From Vicinamibacterales bacterium (lineage in GTDB: Bacteria > Acidobacteriota > Vicinamibacteria > Vicinamibacterales > SCN-69-37): a stretch of DNA of 64,000 bases. Below, piece by piece: positions 1 to 9,079 of the stretch. Numbering within the stretch: the stretch's first letter is position 1; the number at the start of each line of letters is the position of its first letter. The notes beneath the pieces are model-generated. The model was not told the origin of the DNA, ran no database searches, and saw only the letters and a list, made by a program, of their open reading frames with translations. The stretch covers positions 23,893 through 87,892 of the forward strand of contig JAKFEY010000030.1 in NCBI GenBank assembly GCA_036675475.1. Direction: 5' to 3'. Both the position numbers and the translations under genes were made by a program.

Positions 1-351
1 CGCCGCGGTCTTGCTGCCCATCAGGCGAATCGACGCGGCCGACGGCCCGACAAAGGTGAGCCCCGCCGCCGCGCACGCGTCCGAGAACGCGGCGTTCTCG
101 GCGAGAAATCCATAGCCAGGATGTACGAGTGTCGCGCCCGACTTGCGCGCCACGCCAAGCAGCTTCCCGATGTCGAGATAGCTTTCGCGCGCGGGCGGCG
201 CGCCGATCGGCCACGCCTCGTCGGCCGCGCGCACGTGCAGCGACTCGCGATCGCAATCGGAATAGACCGCGACGCTCGTGAGGCCGAGCTCGCGGCACGC
301 GCGTGCCACACGGACCGCGATTTCGCCGCGGTTAGCGATGAGGACTTTCAC
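1..351 (-). CDS. Biotin carboxylase N-terminal domain of an acetyl/propionyl-CoA carboxylase alpha subunit (partial; 3' end runs off the left window edge)
   Basis: Manual reverse-strand translation from GTG at 349-351: [50 protein letters not shown]...[19 protein letters not shown]...FVGPS...MGSK. This is the canonical biotin-carboxylase N-domain signature. It is absent from the ORF track because there is no in-window stop. Confidence 0.85.
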   Translation of the reverse strand, partial: MKVLIANRGEIAVRVARACRELGLTSVAVYSDCDRESLHVRAADEAWPIGAPPARESYLDIGKLLGVARKSGATLVHPGYGFLAENAAFSDACAAAGLTFVGPSAASIRLMGSKTAA

Positions 352-375
352 GGGAACTACTTATTTTAGCGGAAC

Positions 376-1311
376 TTAGCGCCGGTGCTGACTCAGCTGG
401 CCCAGAAACCGCAGCAGCACCAGCCCGGGCGCGCGATCGGTCCGGCTCACCACAATCACCATGGCGCTGTGGGTCAGGCCGGAAATGGGCGCCACCCAGT
501 TCCACACGCCATGTTTATCGAGCGCCGCGGCCAGCAATCCAGACTGCCGGCGCAGGGCCTCGGGATCGCCGGTCGAGAACATGACGAGGAAGGGCGGATC
601 GCCGGCGTCGATGAAGCGCACGGGCGACGCGCGCTCGGCCCACTCGGGCGACGTGTCGGTATGAAAGCGCCGCGCAAACCATCGCTGATCGCGGCCGAGC
701 AGGCGATAGGTCAGCTGATCGGCGATGTCGTAGCCGGCGCCGCTCACCGCCGCGACGCCCGCAATGGCCTCGCGCGGCACTTCCGCCTCGGCCAGCCACC
801 GCGGATCGGCCGCGACGAGCGCCGCCAGGTGCGCGCCGGCCGAATGGCCCATCAGCACGATCGATCCGGGATCGCCGCCGCGCGCCGCGATGTGCTCATG
901 CACCCACTTCACGGCGCGCGCGATGTCCGCCGGCTGCGCCTCCCACGTCACTTCCGGAATCAGCCGGTAGTTGACGATGGCCGCGCCGTACCCGTTGGCG
1001 GCGAGAAAGCGGCCGATGTTGCCGTAGAGATCCGCGCCCGACACATGAAGCGACTTGTCGCCCTCGATCCAGTTGCCGCCGTGGATGAACACGACGGTCG
1101 TGAAGCCGCGCGCGTCCGGCACGAACAAATCGAGACGGTGCTTGACGGGATGCGCGCCGGGCCCTTCGACATAGGCGATGCCGCGGGTGACGCGCGCCTC
1201 GGGCAGCGCCGCGTGCCGGTAGAACGGCGTGATCGCCACGCGCTTGGCCGCCTCGCAGCCTGACGCGGCCAGCGAAGCCACGATCAGCGCGAGCGCGGCG
1301 GCGAGTCTCAC
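376..1311 (-). CDS. Alpha/beta-hydrolase (esterase/lipase-type) lipoprotein
   Basis: ORF track 311 aa. It has an N-terminal signal with lipobox (LAASGC), an HGGNW oxyanion-hole motif and a GHSAG nucleophile elbow. The start is GTG at 1311. Confidence 0.85.
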   Translation of the reverse strand: MRLAAALALIVASLAASGCEAAKRVAITPFYRHAALPEARVTRGIAYVEGPGAHPVKHRLDLFVPDARGFTTVVFIHGGNWIEGDKSLHVSGADLYGNIGRFLAANGYGAAIVNYRLIPEVTWEAQPADIARAVKWVHEHIAARGGDPGSIVLMGHSAGAHLAALVAADPRWLAEAEVPREAIAGVAAVSGAGYDIADQLTYRLLGRDQRWFARRFHTDTSPEWAERASPVRFIDAGDPPFLVMFSTGDPEALRRQSGLLAAALDKHGVWNWVAPISGLTHSAMVIVVSRTDRAPGLVLLRFLGQLSQHRR

Positions 1312-1371
1312 AGCGGAATGTTGCCGTGCTTCTTGCGCGGATTGGTGTCGCGCTTCCCCGCCAGGCTGGCG
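1308..1371 (-). repeat. Direct repeat A: relic copy of the last 20 codons plus stop of pccB (att-like)
   Basis: Aligned by eye to 2778-2841: 64 nt with 6 differences, including a 30-nt perfect core (1342-1371 = 2812-2841). It translates to [20 protein letters not shown], identical to the PccB C-terminus. Its TGA overlaps the GTG start of the esterase gene (GTGA). Confidence 0.85.
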
Positions 1372-1410
1372 GGGGGCACACGGGGATGCTCACCGTCAGT
1401 GTACTCCAAT

Positions 1411-1818
1411 CTACCTTACGACCCTCTGGATCTCCGTGAGAAATGCCTCGAGCGTGAGAGGCTGACGAACCAGTAATCTCGCCAACGTTGATCGGGTGGC
1501 CCCGCTCGGTTTCACGTGTGAATTGGCGGCGTACGGGAGCGGGCGCGTGGTGTACACACCGAGCGGGCCATGCACCGGAATATATGCGCCGCCCTCCGCG
1601 ATATGAGCCTGCTGCCCGGCTATGTCCTGCGGAAGCGCACGGCGTAAGAACCATACATACTGAAGGTTTGGCTGAGGGCGAATGAAACCCTCGGCAAGAA
1701 GCTGGGCCGTGGAACCATTCGAAAACTTGACGAGGCCGCCCGGCAGGACGACTGTGACCGACCGACCGCGAAGATCGCCCTTAAGGGTTCGCTCCGGCTG
1801 AACTTCATACAGCATCAC
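1411..1818 (-). CDS. Hypothetical protein (135 aa from internal ATG; ORF extends to 1920)
   Basis: ORF track 1411..1920. The start MLYEVQPERTLKG at 1818 is preferred because the upstream part overlaps the small secreted ORF. I recognise no family motif. Confidence 0.4.
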   Translation of the reverse strand: MMLYEVQPERTLKGDLRGRSVTVVLPGGLVKFSNGSTAQLLAEGFIRPQPNLQYVWFLRRALPQDIAGQQAHIAEGGAYIPVHGPLGVYTTRPLPYAANSHVKPSGATRSTLARLLVRQPLTLEAFLTEIQRVVR

Positions 1819-2020
1819 TATCGATCGACGATCGATCGGCCATCCAGTCGACCTGCTGCTGCGTGAATGACTTGTTTGGCGCGTCTTCAAAACAAACATC
1901 GTAGGCGCCGCTAGGATCATTACCGGATCGAACGGGAGCGCAGGTGACGCAGTCCTGCACGGCGGCGTGCAACACGACCGCGGAGAACACGCTTGCCAGG
2001 AACGAAATCCGGAGCTTCAT
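1805..2020 (-). CDS. Small secreted protein (71 aa), 3 Cys in the mature part
   Basis: ORF track 1805..2044. The internal start MKLRISFLASVFSAVVLHAAVQ looks like a Sec signal peptide. It overlaps the next ORF start by 14 nt. Confidence 0.4.
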   Translation of the reverse strand: MKLRISFLASVFSAVVLHAAVQDCVTCAPVRSGNDPSGAYDVCFEDAPNKSFTQQQVDWMADRSSIDSDAV

Positions 2021-2052
2021 CGGCGCCTCCGTCGGGACGGCCACACATTATT

Positions 2053-2709
2053 TCAGCGCGGAACCCTCTCAACAGACCGCAACAGCGCGATGAGCTCCTG
2101 AGCTCGAACGCGGTGCGCTCCCTTGAACTCCGATAGTCTGCGGGCCGCTGGCGGAACCTCGACGTCAACGCCGTCGAACCGATATGCGCTAAAGGCGCCG
2201 TGCGTCACTGTGTATGCGGTGTCGTTCGTAAGCGGTTCAAGAAAGAGGAGGTATTCCCTGCCTGTCTCCAAGTCGGCGCTCAGAGAGTTCCTGACAATGA
2301 TCTCCACACCGTTGACCTCGAGCGCGCCTCCGGGTTGTGCTACCCAGATCGGGGAACCGTAGGCAAGTCGGGCACCGGCTGGCTGTTTGACCACATCCAT
2401 CACGGAGAGCGCGTGCTCTCGGAGCACCATGTACTCTCCGCTGCCACGTTCCTGCGCACGCAGGCGACTTTCACCAACCCTCGCCTTGACAATAAGTGTG
2501 GCCTTATTGGCGATCGCGCTCAGTGAGGCAGGTTCACGCTCGAGCGCATCGTACGTAATGTACCGCCGCCGAGAGGATTGTTTTTCCTGAGCGTCCAGAG
2601 AGGAAACGCGCGGTGCAAAGGTCAGCGCCACGATGGCAAAGAGCACAGCAAGAATGTTGGCCGAAGTTCGCAATTGCCGCTCCGTTCTCCACCGATCGGC
2701 GCACCCCAT
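2053..2709 (-). CDS. Hypothetical membrane-anchored or secreted protein (218 aa)
   Basis: ORF track 2053..3060, but its N-terminal 117 codons overlap pccB out of frame. The start MGCADRW at 2709 is followed by a hydrophobic segment (ILAVLFAIVALTFAP). Confidence 0.45.
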   Translation of the reverse strand: MGCADRWRTERQLRTSANILAVLFAIVALTFAPRVSSLDAQEKQSSRRRYITYDALEREPASLSAIANKATLIVKARVGESRLRAQERGSGEYMVLREHALSVMDVVKQPAGARLAYGSPIWVAQPGGALEVNGVEIIVRNSLSADLETGREYLLFLEPLTNDTAYTVTHGAFSAYRFDGVDVEVPPAARRLSEFKGAHRVRAQELIALLRSVERVPR

Positions 2710-2777
2710 CGTGCGCCTGTTGACCGTCGCAGTCAACGGGCTCGCCTGAGGGTCAGACAGACAGCTCAGCAGGGCGG

Positions 2778-2841
2778 TTAGAGCGGGATATTGCCGTGTT
2801 TCTTGCGCGGGTTGGTGTCGCGCTTCCCCGCCAGGCTGGCG
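2778..2841 (-). repeat. Direct repeat B: functional 3' end of pccB (att-like partner of 1308-1371)
   Basis: See repeat A. This variant uses more AT-rich synonymous codons (AAA, AAT, ATC, TAA) than copy A. Confidence 0.85.
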
Positions 2842-4325
2842 AGCGCGGCAATCAGCTTCGCGCGCGTGTCGCGCGGGCGGATGATCTCGTCCACATAGCC
2901 GCGGCCGGCGGCCACGAACGGATTCGCGAACGTGTCGCGCAGCTCCTGAATCTTCTCGGCGCGCGCGGCGGCTGGATCCGCGGCGCCCTCGATCTCGCGG
3001 CGGTACAGGATGTTCACGGCGCCCTCGGCGCCCATCACGGCGATTTCGGCCGTCGGCCACGCGTAGTTGAAGTCCGTGCGAATGTGCTTGCTCGACATCA
3101 CGCAGTACGCGCCGCCGTACGCCTTGCGCGTGATGATGGTGATCTTCGGCACCGTCGCTTCCGCGAACGCAAACAGCAGCTTCGCGCCGTGTTTGATGAT
3201 GCCGCCATGCTCCTGCCGCACGCCGGGCAGGAAGCCGGGCACGTCTTCGAACGTGATCAGCGGAATGTTGAACGCGTCGCAGAAGCGCACGAAGCGCGCC
3301 GCCTTCACCGACGCGTCGATGTCGAGCGTGCCCGCCAGCACCGCCGGCTGGTTGGCGACGATGCCGACCGACTGGCCGCCGAGACGCGCAAACCCCACGA
3401 TGATGTTCTTCGCGTAATGCTCGTGCACCTCGAGAAACCGCCCATCGTCAATCACGCGCGTGATGACGTCGTGCATGTCGTACGGCTGGTTCGGCTGCGC
3501 GGGAACCAGCGTGTCGAGCTCCGCGGCCTCGCGGTCGTTATCGGCGCGATCGCTCGCCGCCACGCGCGGCACGTCGTCCAGGTTGTTCGACGGCAGGTAC
3601 GACAGCAGCTCGCGAATCAGCCGGATGCACTCGGCATCGTCGGGCACGGCAAAGTGCGCGACGCCGCTGGTGGCGTTGTGCGTCATGGCGCCGCCGAGCG
3701 TTTCCTTGGTGACGTCCTCGTGCGTGACGGTCTTGATCACGTCGGGACCGGTCACGAACATGTAGCTCGAGCCCTCGACCATGATGTTGAAGTCGGTGAT
3801 CGCGGGCGAATACACGGCGCCGCCGGCGCACGGCCCCATGATGGCGGAGATCTGCGGGATGACGCCCGAGGCGAGGGTGTTGCGCAGGAAGATGTCGGCG
3901 TAGCCGCCGAGCGAGACCACGCCTTCCTGGATGCGCGCGCCGCCCGAGTCGTTGAGGCCGATCATGGGCGCGCCCATCTTCATCGCGAGGTCCATGACCT
4001 TCACGATTTTCGCGGCGTTGGTTTCCGACAGCGAGCCGCCGAACACCGTGAAGTCCTGCGCGAACGCGTACGCCGGCCGGCCGTCGATGCGCCCGTGGCC
4101 GCACACCACGCCGTCGCCCGGCACGATGAACTTCTCCATGCCGAAGTCGCGGCACCGGTGCGTCACCAGCTTGTCGATCTCCTCGAACGTGCCCGGATCG
4201 AACAGCAGCTCGATCCGCTCTCGCGCGGTGAGCTTGCCGCTCTCCTTCTGCTTGCGCAGACGGTCTTCGCCGCCGCCGGCTTCCGCCAGCTTCTCCAACC
4301 GCTCGAGCTTTTCGACGTTTTCCAT
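2778..4325 (-). CDS. pccB: Acyl-CoA carboxylase carboxyltransferase subunit (propionyl-CoA carboxylase beta / methylmalonyl-CoA carboxyltransferase 12S family)
   Basis: The real start is [17 protein letters not shown] at 4325, inside ORF 2778..4709. Motifs seen: [58 protein letters not shown] and [10 protein letters not shown]. Confidence 0.92.
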   Translation of the reverse strand: MENVEKLERLEKLAEAGGGEDRLRKQKESGKLTARERIELLFDPGTFEEIDKLVTHRCRDFGMEKFIVPGDGVVCGHGRIDGRPAYAFAQDFTVFGGSLSETNAAKIVKVMDLAMKMGAPMIGLNDSGGARIQEGVVSLGGYADIFLRNTLASGVIPQISAIMGPCAGGAVYSPAITDFNIMVEGSSYMFVTGPDVIKTVTHEDVTKETLGGAMTHNATSGVAHFAVPDDAECIRLIRELLSYLPSNNLDDVPRVAASDRADNDREAAELDTLVPAQPNQPYDMHDVITRVIDDGRFLEVHEHYAKNIIVGFARLGGQSVGIVANQPAVLAGTLDIDASVKAARFVRFCDAFNIPLITFEDVPGFLPGVRQEHGGIIKHGAKLLFAFAEATVPKITIITRKAYGGAYCVMSSKHIRTDFNYAWPTAEIAVMGAEGAVNILYRREIEGAADPAAARAEKIQELRDTFANPFVAAGRGYVDEIIRPRDTRAKLIAALASLAGKRDTNPRKKHGNIPL

Positions 4326-4339
4326 CAGGAAACCAATGA

Positions 4340-4987
4340 CTATTTCTGCTGCGCCTTGTTCCAGTCCTCGAGAAACTTCTTGAGCCCGATGTCCGTGAGC
4401 GGGTGCTTGAAGATCTGTTCGAGCACGGCTGACGGGCAGGTGCAGACGTCGGCGCCGAGGCGCGCGGCCTGCACGATGTGCATCGGCGACCGCACCGAGG
4501 CCACGAGAATTTCCGTGCCCCACTCGTAGTTGTCGTAAATCTCGACGATTTCCTCGATGAGCCGCATGCCGTCGGTGGCGATGTCGTCGAGGCGGCCGAC
4601 AAACGGGCTCACGTAGCTGGCGCCCGCCTTGGCCGCGAGAATGGCCTGCGTCGCCGAGAACACGAGCGTGACGTTCACGCGAATGCCGTCCGACGACAGC
4701 GCCCTGCACGCCTTCACGCCGTCTTTGCCGAACGGCACTTTGACGACGATGTGCTCGTCGATGGTGGCGAGGCTCTTGCCTTCGGTGATCATGGCGGCGG
4801 CGTCGGTGGCCACGACCTCGGCGCTGACCGGGCCCTTCACCGCGGTGCAGATGTCCTTGAGGATGGCGCGCGGGTCGCCGCCCTCCTTCGCCATCAGCGA
4901 CGGATTGGTGGTCACGCCGTCGATGATGCCGAGCTCGACGAGCGCCTTGATTTCCTTGATGTTGCCGGTGTCTGCGAAAAACTTCAT
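4340..4987 (-). CDS. tal: Short-type transaldolase / fructose-6-phosphate aldolase
   Basis: 215 aa: [14 protein letters not shown]...GVTTNPSL...VVKVP...NVTLVFS...SPFVGRLDD. This is typical of the 3B transaldolase/Fsa family. Confidence 0.92.
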   Translation of the reverse strand: MKFFADTGNIKEIKALVELGIIDGVTTNPSLMAKEGGDPRAILKDICTAVKGPVSAEVVATDAAAMITEGKSLATIDEHIVVKVPFGKDGVKACRALSSDGIRVNVTLVFSATQAILAAKAGASYVSPFVGRLDDIATDGMRLIEEIVEIYDNYEWGTEILVASVRSPMHIVQAARLGADVCTCPSAVLEQIFKHPLTDIGLKKFLEDWNKAQQK

Positions 4988-4998
4988 TCTGTTACTCC

Positions 4999-5100
4999 AA
5001 GGCCAGAGGCCAGCGGCCAGAGGCGTGAGCCGAGCGCGACAACGCGCGCTCGCCTAAGTTTAGTCAGCCCTCTGGCCGCTGGCCTCTGGCCTCTGGCCTT
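4999..5100. repeat. Compound palindromic element: inverted arrays of GGCCAGA-type heptamers flanking an inner GC hairpin
   Basis: Left arm aaggccagaggccagcggccagagg (4999-5023). The right arm is its reverse complement plus one extra tctggcc unit (5068-5100). Inner hairpin: cgagcgcg-acaacg-cgcgctcg. The element sits between the FAH stop and the tal start. Confidence 0.85.
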
Positions 5101-5860
5101 CTACAACTCGGTTGGTCAGCTCCCCGATGCCTTCGATGCGCACCGTTACTGTATCGCCCGGCGCGAGCGGGCCGACGCCGGACGGGGTGCCGGTGAGGAT
5201 CACGTCGCCGGGCAGCAGCGTCATCACGCGGCTGATGTGCTCGACGAGTTTCGCGACCGGGAAGATCAGCTCGCGCGTGGACGAGGACTGCCGGACCGCG
5301 CCGTTGACGAGGCCCTCGATCTTCAGCGCGGACGGATCCAGGCCGAGCGCGACGCACGGCCCGATCGGCGCGAAGGTGTCGAAGCCCTTCGCGCGCGTGT
5401 ACTGCACGTCTTTCTTCTGCAGGTCGCGCGCCGTCACGTCGTTGCCGCACGTGAGACCCAGCACATGGGCCATCGCGTCGCGCTCGCTCACGTGGCTCGC
5501 GCGCGTGCCGATGACGATGGCGAGCTCGGCTTCGTGATGGATCTCGCCCGCCCACATCGGCAGCGTGATGGGGTCGTTCGGGCCAATCACGGCGGTGGAC
5601 GGCTTCATGAACATCAGCGGCTCTGGCGGCAGCGGCTTGTGCATTTCGGCCGCGTGGTCCTTGTAGTTGAGGCCGATGGCGACAATCTTCGAGGGCCGCA
5701 CGGGCGGCAGCAGCGCCGCGTGATCGAGCGTCACGGCCGCGCCCAGCTCGTACGTGCCGAAGGCGTCGCCCTCGACGAGCCGCGCGCTCGTGCCATCGCC
5801 CGATGCGATGACGTGCCGCGGCGATCCGTTGTGCGTGATGCAGTAAAGCAGGTCAGTCAT
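5060..5860 (-). CDS. Fumarylacetoacetate hydrolase (FAH) family protein
   Basis: Starts at [12 protein letters not shown] (5860) inside ORF 5060..6043. Motifs seen: KIVAIGLNYKDHAAE, GEIHHEAELAIVIG, CGNDVTARDLQ, TRAKGFDTF and LLPGDVILTGTPSGVG. Confidence 0.88.
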   Translation of the reverse strand: MTDLLYCITHNGSPRHVIASGDGTSARLVEGDAFGTYELGAAVTLDHAALLPPVRPSKIVAIGLNYKDHAAEMHKPLPPEPLMFMKPSTAVIGPNDPITLPMWAGEIHHEAELAIVIGTRASHVSERDAMAHVLGLTCGNDVTARDLQKKDVQYTRAKGFDTFAPIGPCVALGLDPSALKIEGLVNGAVRQSSSTRELIFPVAKLVEHISRVMTLLPGDVILTGTPSGVGPLAPGDTVTVRIEGIGELTNRVVEGQRPEASGQRAD

Positions 5861-7007
5861 TGCGGCCGGTTTCCTCGACGCGGTTGGATTCGGGACTGCG
5901 ATTGGGCGGCGTCGCCTTGTCGACGGCCACCACCGCATACACGTAGCGCGTGCCCGGCACGGTGGTCGCGTCCTTGTACGTGGTGTCGGTGATCGGAGCC
6001 GCGAACAGCGGTTCAAGCTTGTCGAGCGGAAGCAGTGTGTCACCCGGCGCTTCGGCGCGCAAGACCAGGTAGCCCGCGAAGTCGGCCGCGTCGACCGCGT
6101 CCCAGATCAGGCTGACGGCGCCGGTGCCGGCCACGGCCGTAAGATTCGCGGGCGTGGGGGGCGGGAACACGTCGCGCGGCGTGATGCAGACGGGACCGGC
6201 CGCCGCGCTCTCGATCGACGCGCCCGTCGACGCCACCGCGGAGCGCACCAGGTAGCAGCGCTCGACGCCAAACTCGAGACGCGTGTCTTCGAACGAGGTG
6301 CCGGCCTGCGGCTCCGCGTTGAGCGCGGCCACGGGCTGCCCGTCCTTCACTTCATAGATGCGATACCGCGTCGCCGCCTTCGCGCCGAGCCAGTCAAGTT
6401 TGATCGCCGTCTCGGTGAAGCTCGCGGTGAGATTCGACGGCGGATCGGGCACCGCGGTCAGCGGCACGGCGATCACCTCGGACACGGCGCCCACGCGATT
6501 GCGGCGCGAGACGCCCGCCACCGCGTAGTACCGCACCATCGGCGTCGGATACGCCGTCTGCGCCTCGGTCTCATCGGCCCACGTGATCTCGTCTCCGGGC
6601 AGCGGATCGGGCGGCGGCGAGGGCGTGGCCGTCTGCGCGGCGCCGCCAAGCGGCGGCGTGCGCAGGCTGATGGTGGCGACGCGCGTGGCGTCGCCGCCGC
6701 CGGACAGGTCGTCGGCGGTGGGCGGCGGATCGCCCGCGGGCTTGGTGACCGCGAACACGCGAATGGCCGTGATGTCGGCCGGCGCCGTGCCGTCCTGATT
6801 GGCCGCGGGCACCTTGAAGGTGAGCGTGATGGCGCCATCCTGCACGCGCGTGGCCGACAGCCCCTCGGCCTTCGCCGGCACGGGCCGGTACGGCGGCAGT
6901 GGATCGCCCTTCGACCCACAGGCGGCGGTCGCGAGCGCGGCGATCGCCGCGAGCGCCAGCCCTGAGCGAGGGCGCAGGCCGAGTCGACGTGGCAGTCGAA
7001 GCATCAC
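5853..7007 (-). CDS. Lipoprotein with probable fibronectin-type-III-like repeats
   Basis: 384 aa with a signal plus lipobox (ALATAACGS). It has repeated FN3-like segments ending in YRIYEV / YLVLRA / YVYAVVAVD patterns. Its end overlaps the hslU stop by 4 nt and the FAH start by 8 nt. Confidence 0.65.
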   Translation of the reverse strand: MMLRLPRRLGLRPRSGLALAAIAALATAACGSKGDPLPPYRPVPAKAEGLSATRVQDGAITLTFKVPAANQDGTAPADITAIRVFAVTKPAGDPPPTADDLSGGGDATRVATISLRTPPLGGAAQTATPSPPPDPLPGDEITWADETEAQTAYPTPMVRYYAVAGVSRRNRVGAVSEVIAVPLTAVPDPPSNLTASFTETAIKLDWLGAKAATRYRIYEVKDGQPVAALNAEPQAGTSFEDTRLEFGVERCYLVRSAVASTGASIESAAAGPVCITPRDVFPPPTPANLTAVAGTGAVSLIWDAVDAADFAGYLVLRAEAPGDTLLPLDKLEPLFAAPITDTTYKDATTVPGTRYVYAVVAVDKATPPNRSPESNRVEETGRND

Positions 7008-8371
7008 AGGATGTACCGCGACAAGTCTTCGTTGCCGACGACATCCGCAAGCATGCGGTCGACGTAGGCGGCGTCGACCGTGACCGTGACGCCGTCCATC
7101 TCCGACGCGTTGAACGACACATCGTCGAGCAGCTTTTCCATGACGGTGTGCAGGCGGCGCGCGCCGATGTTCTCGGTGCGCTCGTTGACGAGCGTGGCGA
7201 ACTCGGCCAGGCGGCGGATGGCGCTCTCGTCGAAGGCGAGCGTGACGCCTTCGGTTTCGAGCAGCGCGCCGTACTGGCGAATGAGCGCGTTTTTCGGCTC
7301 GGTGAGGATGCGCACGAAGTCCGCTTCACCCAGCGCCTCGAGCTCGACGCGAATCGGGAAGCGCCCCTGCAGCTCGGGGATCAGATCGGACGGCTTCGAC
7401 ACGTGGAAGGCGCCGGCCGCGACGAACAGGATGTGGTCGGTGCGCACCATCCCGTATTTCGTGTTCACGGTCGTGCCCTCGACGATCGGCAGGATGTCGC
7501 GCTGCACGCCTTCGCGGCTGACATCGGGCCCCTGCGAACCTTCACGGCCGGCAATCTTGTCGATCTCATCGAGAAAGATGATGCCCGACTGCTCGGCGCG
7601 GTGCACGGCGGCGCGCGCCACGCTTTCCATGTCGATCAGCTTGCCGGCCTCTTCCGCCGTGAGCTGCTCGAGCGCGTCGGGCACGCGCAGTTTGCGCTTC
7701 TTCGTGCGGCCCCCGAACATGCCGGGCAGCATGTCCTTCATGTTGATGTCGATCTCTTCGACCGAGCCGCCCTGGATGATCTCGAACGAGGGGAACGTGC
7801 GCTCGCGCACGTCGATCTCGACGGTCTTCTCGTCGAGCTTTCCCGCGCGCAGCTGCTCGCGCAGCTTCTCGCGCGTGCGCTGGCCCTGCTCGCGCGCCGA
7901 GATCTGATCGGGTGTTTCCTCGCCATAGGAGGGCGCCGCCGGCAGCGGCGGCAGCAGCAGATCGAGCACGCGCTCTTCCGCCGCGGCGCGCGCCTTGTCC
8001 TTCACGTCGCCTTCGCGCTCGTCGCGCACCATCTTCACAGCGATCTCGACGAGGTCGCGCACCATCGACTCGACGTCGCGCCCGACGTAGCCGACTTCGG
8101 TGAACTTCGAAGCCTCGATCTTGAGGAACGGCGAATGCGCGAGCTTCGCGAGGCGGCGCGCGATCTCGGTTTTGCCGACGCCGGTGGGACCGATCATCAG
8201 GATGTTCTTCGGCGCGACTTCCTCGGCAAGCTCGGGCGTCAGTTTCTGGCGGCGGATGCGGTTGCGCAGTGCGATGGCCACGGCGCGCTTGGCCGCGGCC
8301 TGGCCGACGACATATTTATCGAGCTCCGCGACAATCTGCCGCGGCGTCAAAGCGGACGTCATGTCACTCAC
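7004..8371 (-). CDS. hslU: ATP-dependent protease ATPase subunit HslU
   Basis: 455 aa: [30 protein letters not shown], Walker [27 protein letters not shown], and C-terminal DLSRYIL. Confidence 0.96.
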   Translation of the reverse strand: MSDMTSALTPRQIVAELDKYVVGQAAAKRAVAIALRNRIRRQKLTPELAEEVAPKNILMIGPTGVGKTEIARRLAKLAHSPFLKIEASKFTEVGYVGRDVESMVRDLVEIAVKMVRDEREGDVKDKARAAAEERVLDLLLPPLPAAPSYGEETPDQISAREQGQRTREKLREQLRAGKLDEKTVEIDVRERTFPSFEIIQGGSVEEIDINMKDMLPGMFGGRTKKRKLRVPDALEQLTAEEAGKLIDMESVARAAVHRAEQSGIIFLDEIDKIAGREGSQGPDVSREGVQRDILPIVEGTTVNTKYGMVRTDHILFVAAGAFHVSKPSDLIPELQGRFPIRVELEALGEADFVRILTEPKNALIRQYGALLETEGVTLAFDESAIRRLAEFATLVNERTENIGARRLHTVMEKLLDDVSFNASEMDGVTVTVDAAYVDRMLADVVGNEDLSRYIL

Positions 8372-8907
8372 AGTTCTTCGATCGTAATGCGGTCGTTCGT
8401 GTAAATGCAGATGTCCGCGGTGATGGCCATGGCTTCCTGGGCGATCTCGCGCGGACCAAGCTGGGTGTGTTTGGCGAGCGCCTTCGCGGCGGCCATCGCA
8501 TAGGGCGCGCCCGAACCAATCGCTATCACGCCGTCATCGGGCTCGATCAGATCGCCGTTGCCCGAGAGCACGAACGTGTTGCCGGCGTCGGCGACGATCA
8601 TCATGGCCTCGAGGCGGCGCAGCAGGCGGTCGGTGCGCCAGTCGCGCGCCAGCTCCACCGCGGCCCGATCGAGGTTGCCGCGGTACTGTTCGAGCTTCGC
8701 CTCGAAGCGCGTCATCAGCGCCATGGCGTCGGCGGCCGATCCGGCAAAGCCCGCGAGGATCTTGTCGTTGTAGAGGCGCCTGACTTTCCGGCCGCCGTGC
8801 TTGACGACGGTCTTGTCGAAGGTGACCTGGCCGTCGGCGGCAATGACGACCTTGTCGGCGCGGCGGACGGACAGGACGGTGGTGGCGTGAAACTGCGGAA
8901 CTGGCAT
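8368..8907 (-). CDS. hslV: ATP-dependent protease subunit HslV
   Basis: 179 aa: [10 protein letters not shown]...VIAADGQVT...GFAGSAADA..., the HslV N-terminal Thr protease signature. It overlaps hslU by 4 nt. Confidence 0.96.
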   Translation of the reverse strand: MPVPQFHATTVLSVRRADKVVIAADGQVTFDKTVVKHGGRKVRRLYNDKILAGFAGSAADAMALMTRFEAKLEQYRGNLDRAAVELARDWRTDRLLRRLEAMMIVADAGNTFVLSGNGDLIEPDDGVIAIGSGAPYAMAAAKALAKHTQLGPREIAQEAMAITADICIYTNDRITIEEL

Positions 8908-9079
8908 CTGATCCCTATAAGTCTACTTGCTGGGCACTGCTCCCAATCGGGGACGCGGTTGTCATCGGGGCAGGACGCGCTCGGAACCGCCGGCCTTGAA
9001 ACCCTGAGGAAATGCGCGTAGTTTGGAGGGAGCCCTCTGGCAGCAGAGTTGCTCGGTTAACGGCTCGAGAGGTTCTGCC

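Larger units (their letters stand above)
1372..2777. mobile_element. About 1.4-kb lower-GC insertion (island or decayed integrative element) between the two pccB-3'-end repeats; no recombinase gene inside
   Basis: It is bounded by repeats A and B. Composition is visibly more AT-rich than the flanks (not computed). It carries three unrecognisable ORFs on the same strand as pccB. Confidence 0.5.

Noticed and set aside
21-369. Two short ORFs (21..311 minus, 121..369 plus) at the left edge
   Set aside because: The true gene here is the biotin-carboxylase N-terminus, in a different minus-strand frame starting at the GTG at 351. The listed ORFs are Arg-rich frame artefacts.
2710-3060. N-terminal 117 codons of ORF 2053..3060
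   Set aside because: This part overlaps the 3' end of pccB in another frame and is Arg-rich junk. The hydrophobic anchor begins right after the internal Met at 2709, so the shorter gene model was used.
2796-4529. 577-aa ORF on the + strand
   Set aside because: It is entirely antisense to the well-supported pccB gene. The Arg/Ala/Gly/His-rich junk composition is typical of shadow ORFs in high-GC DNA, and it has no recognisable motifs.
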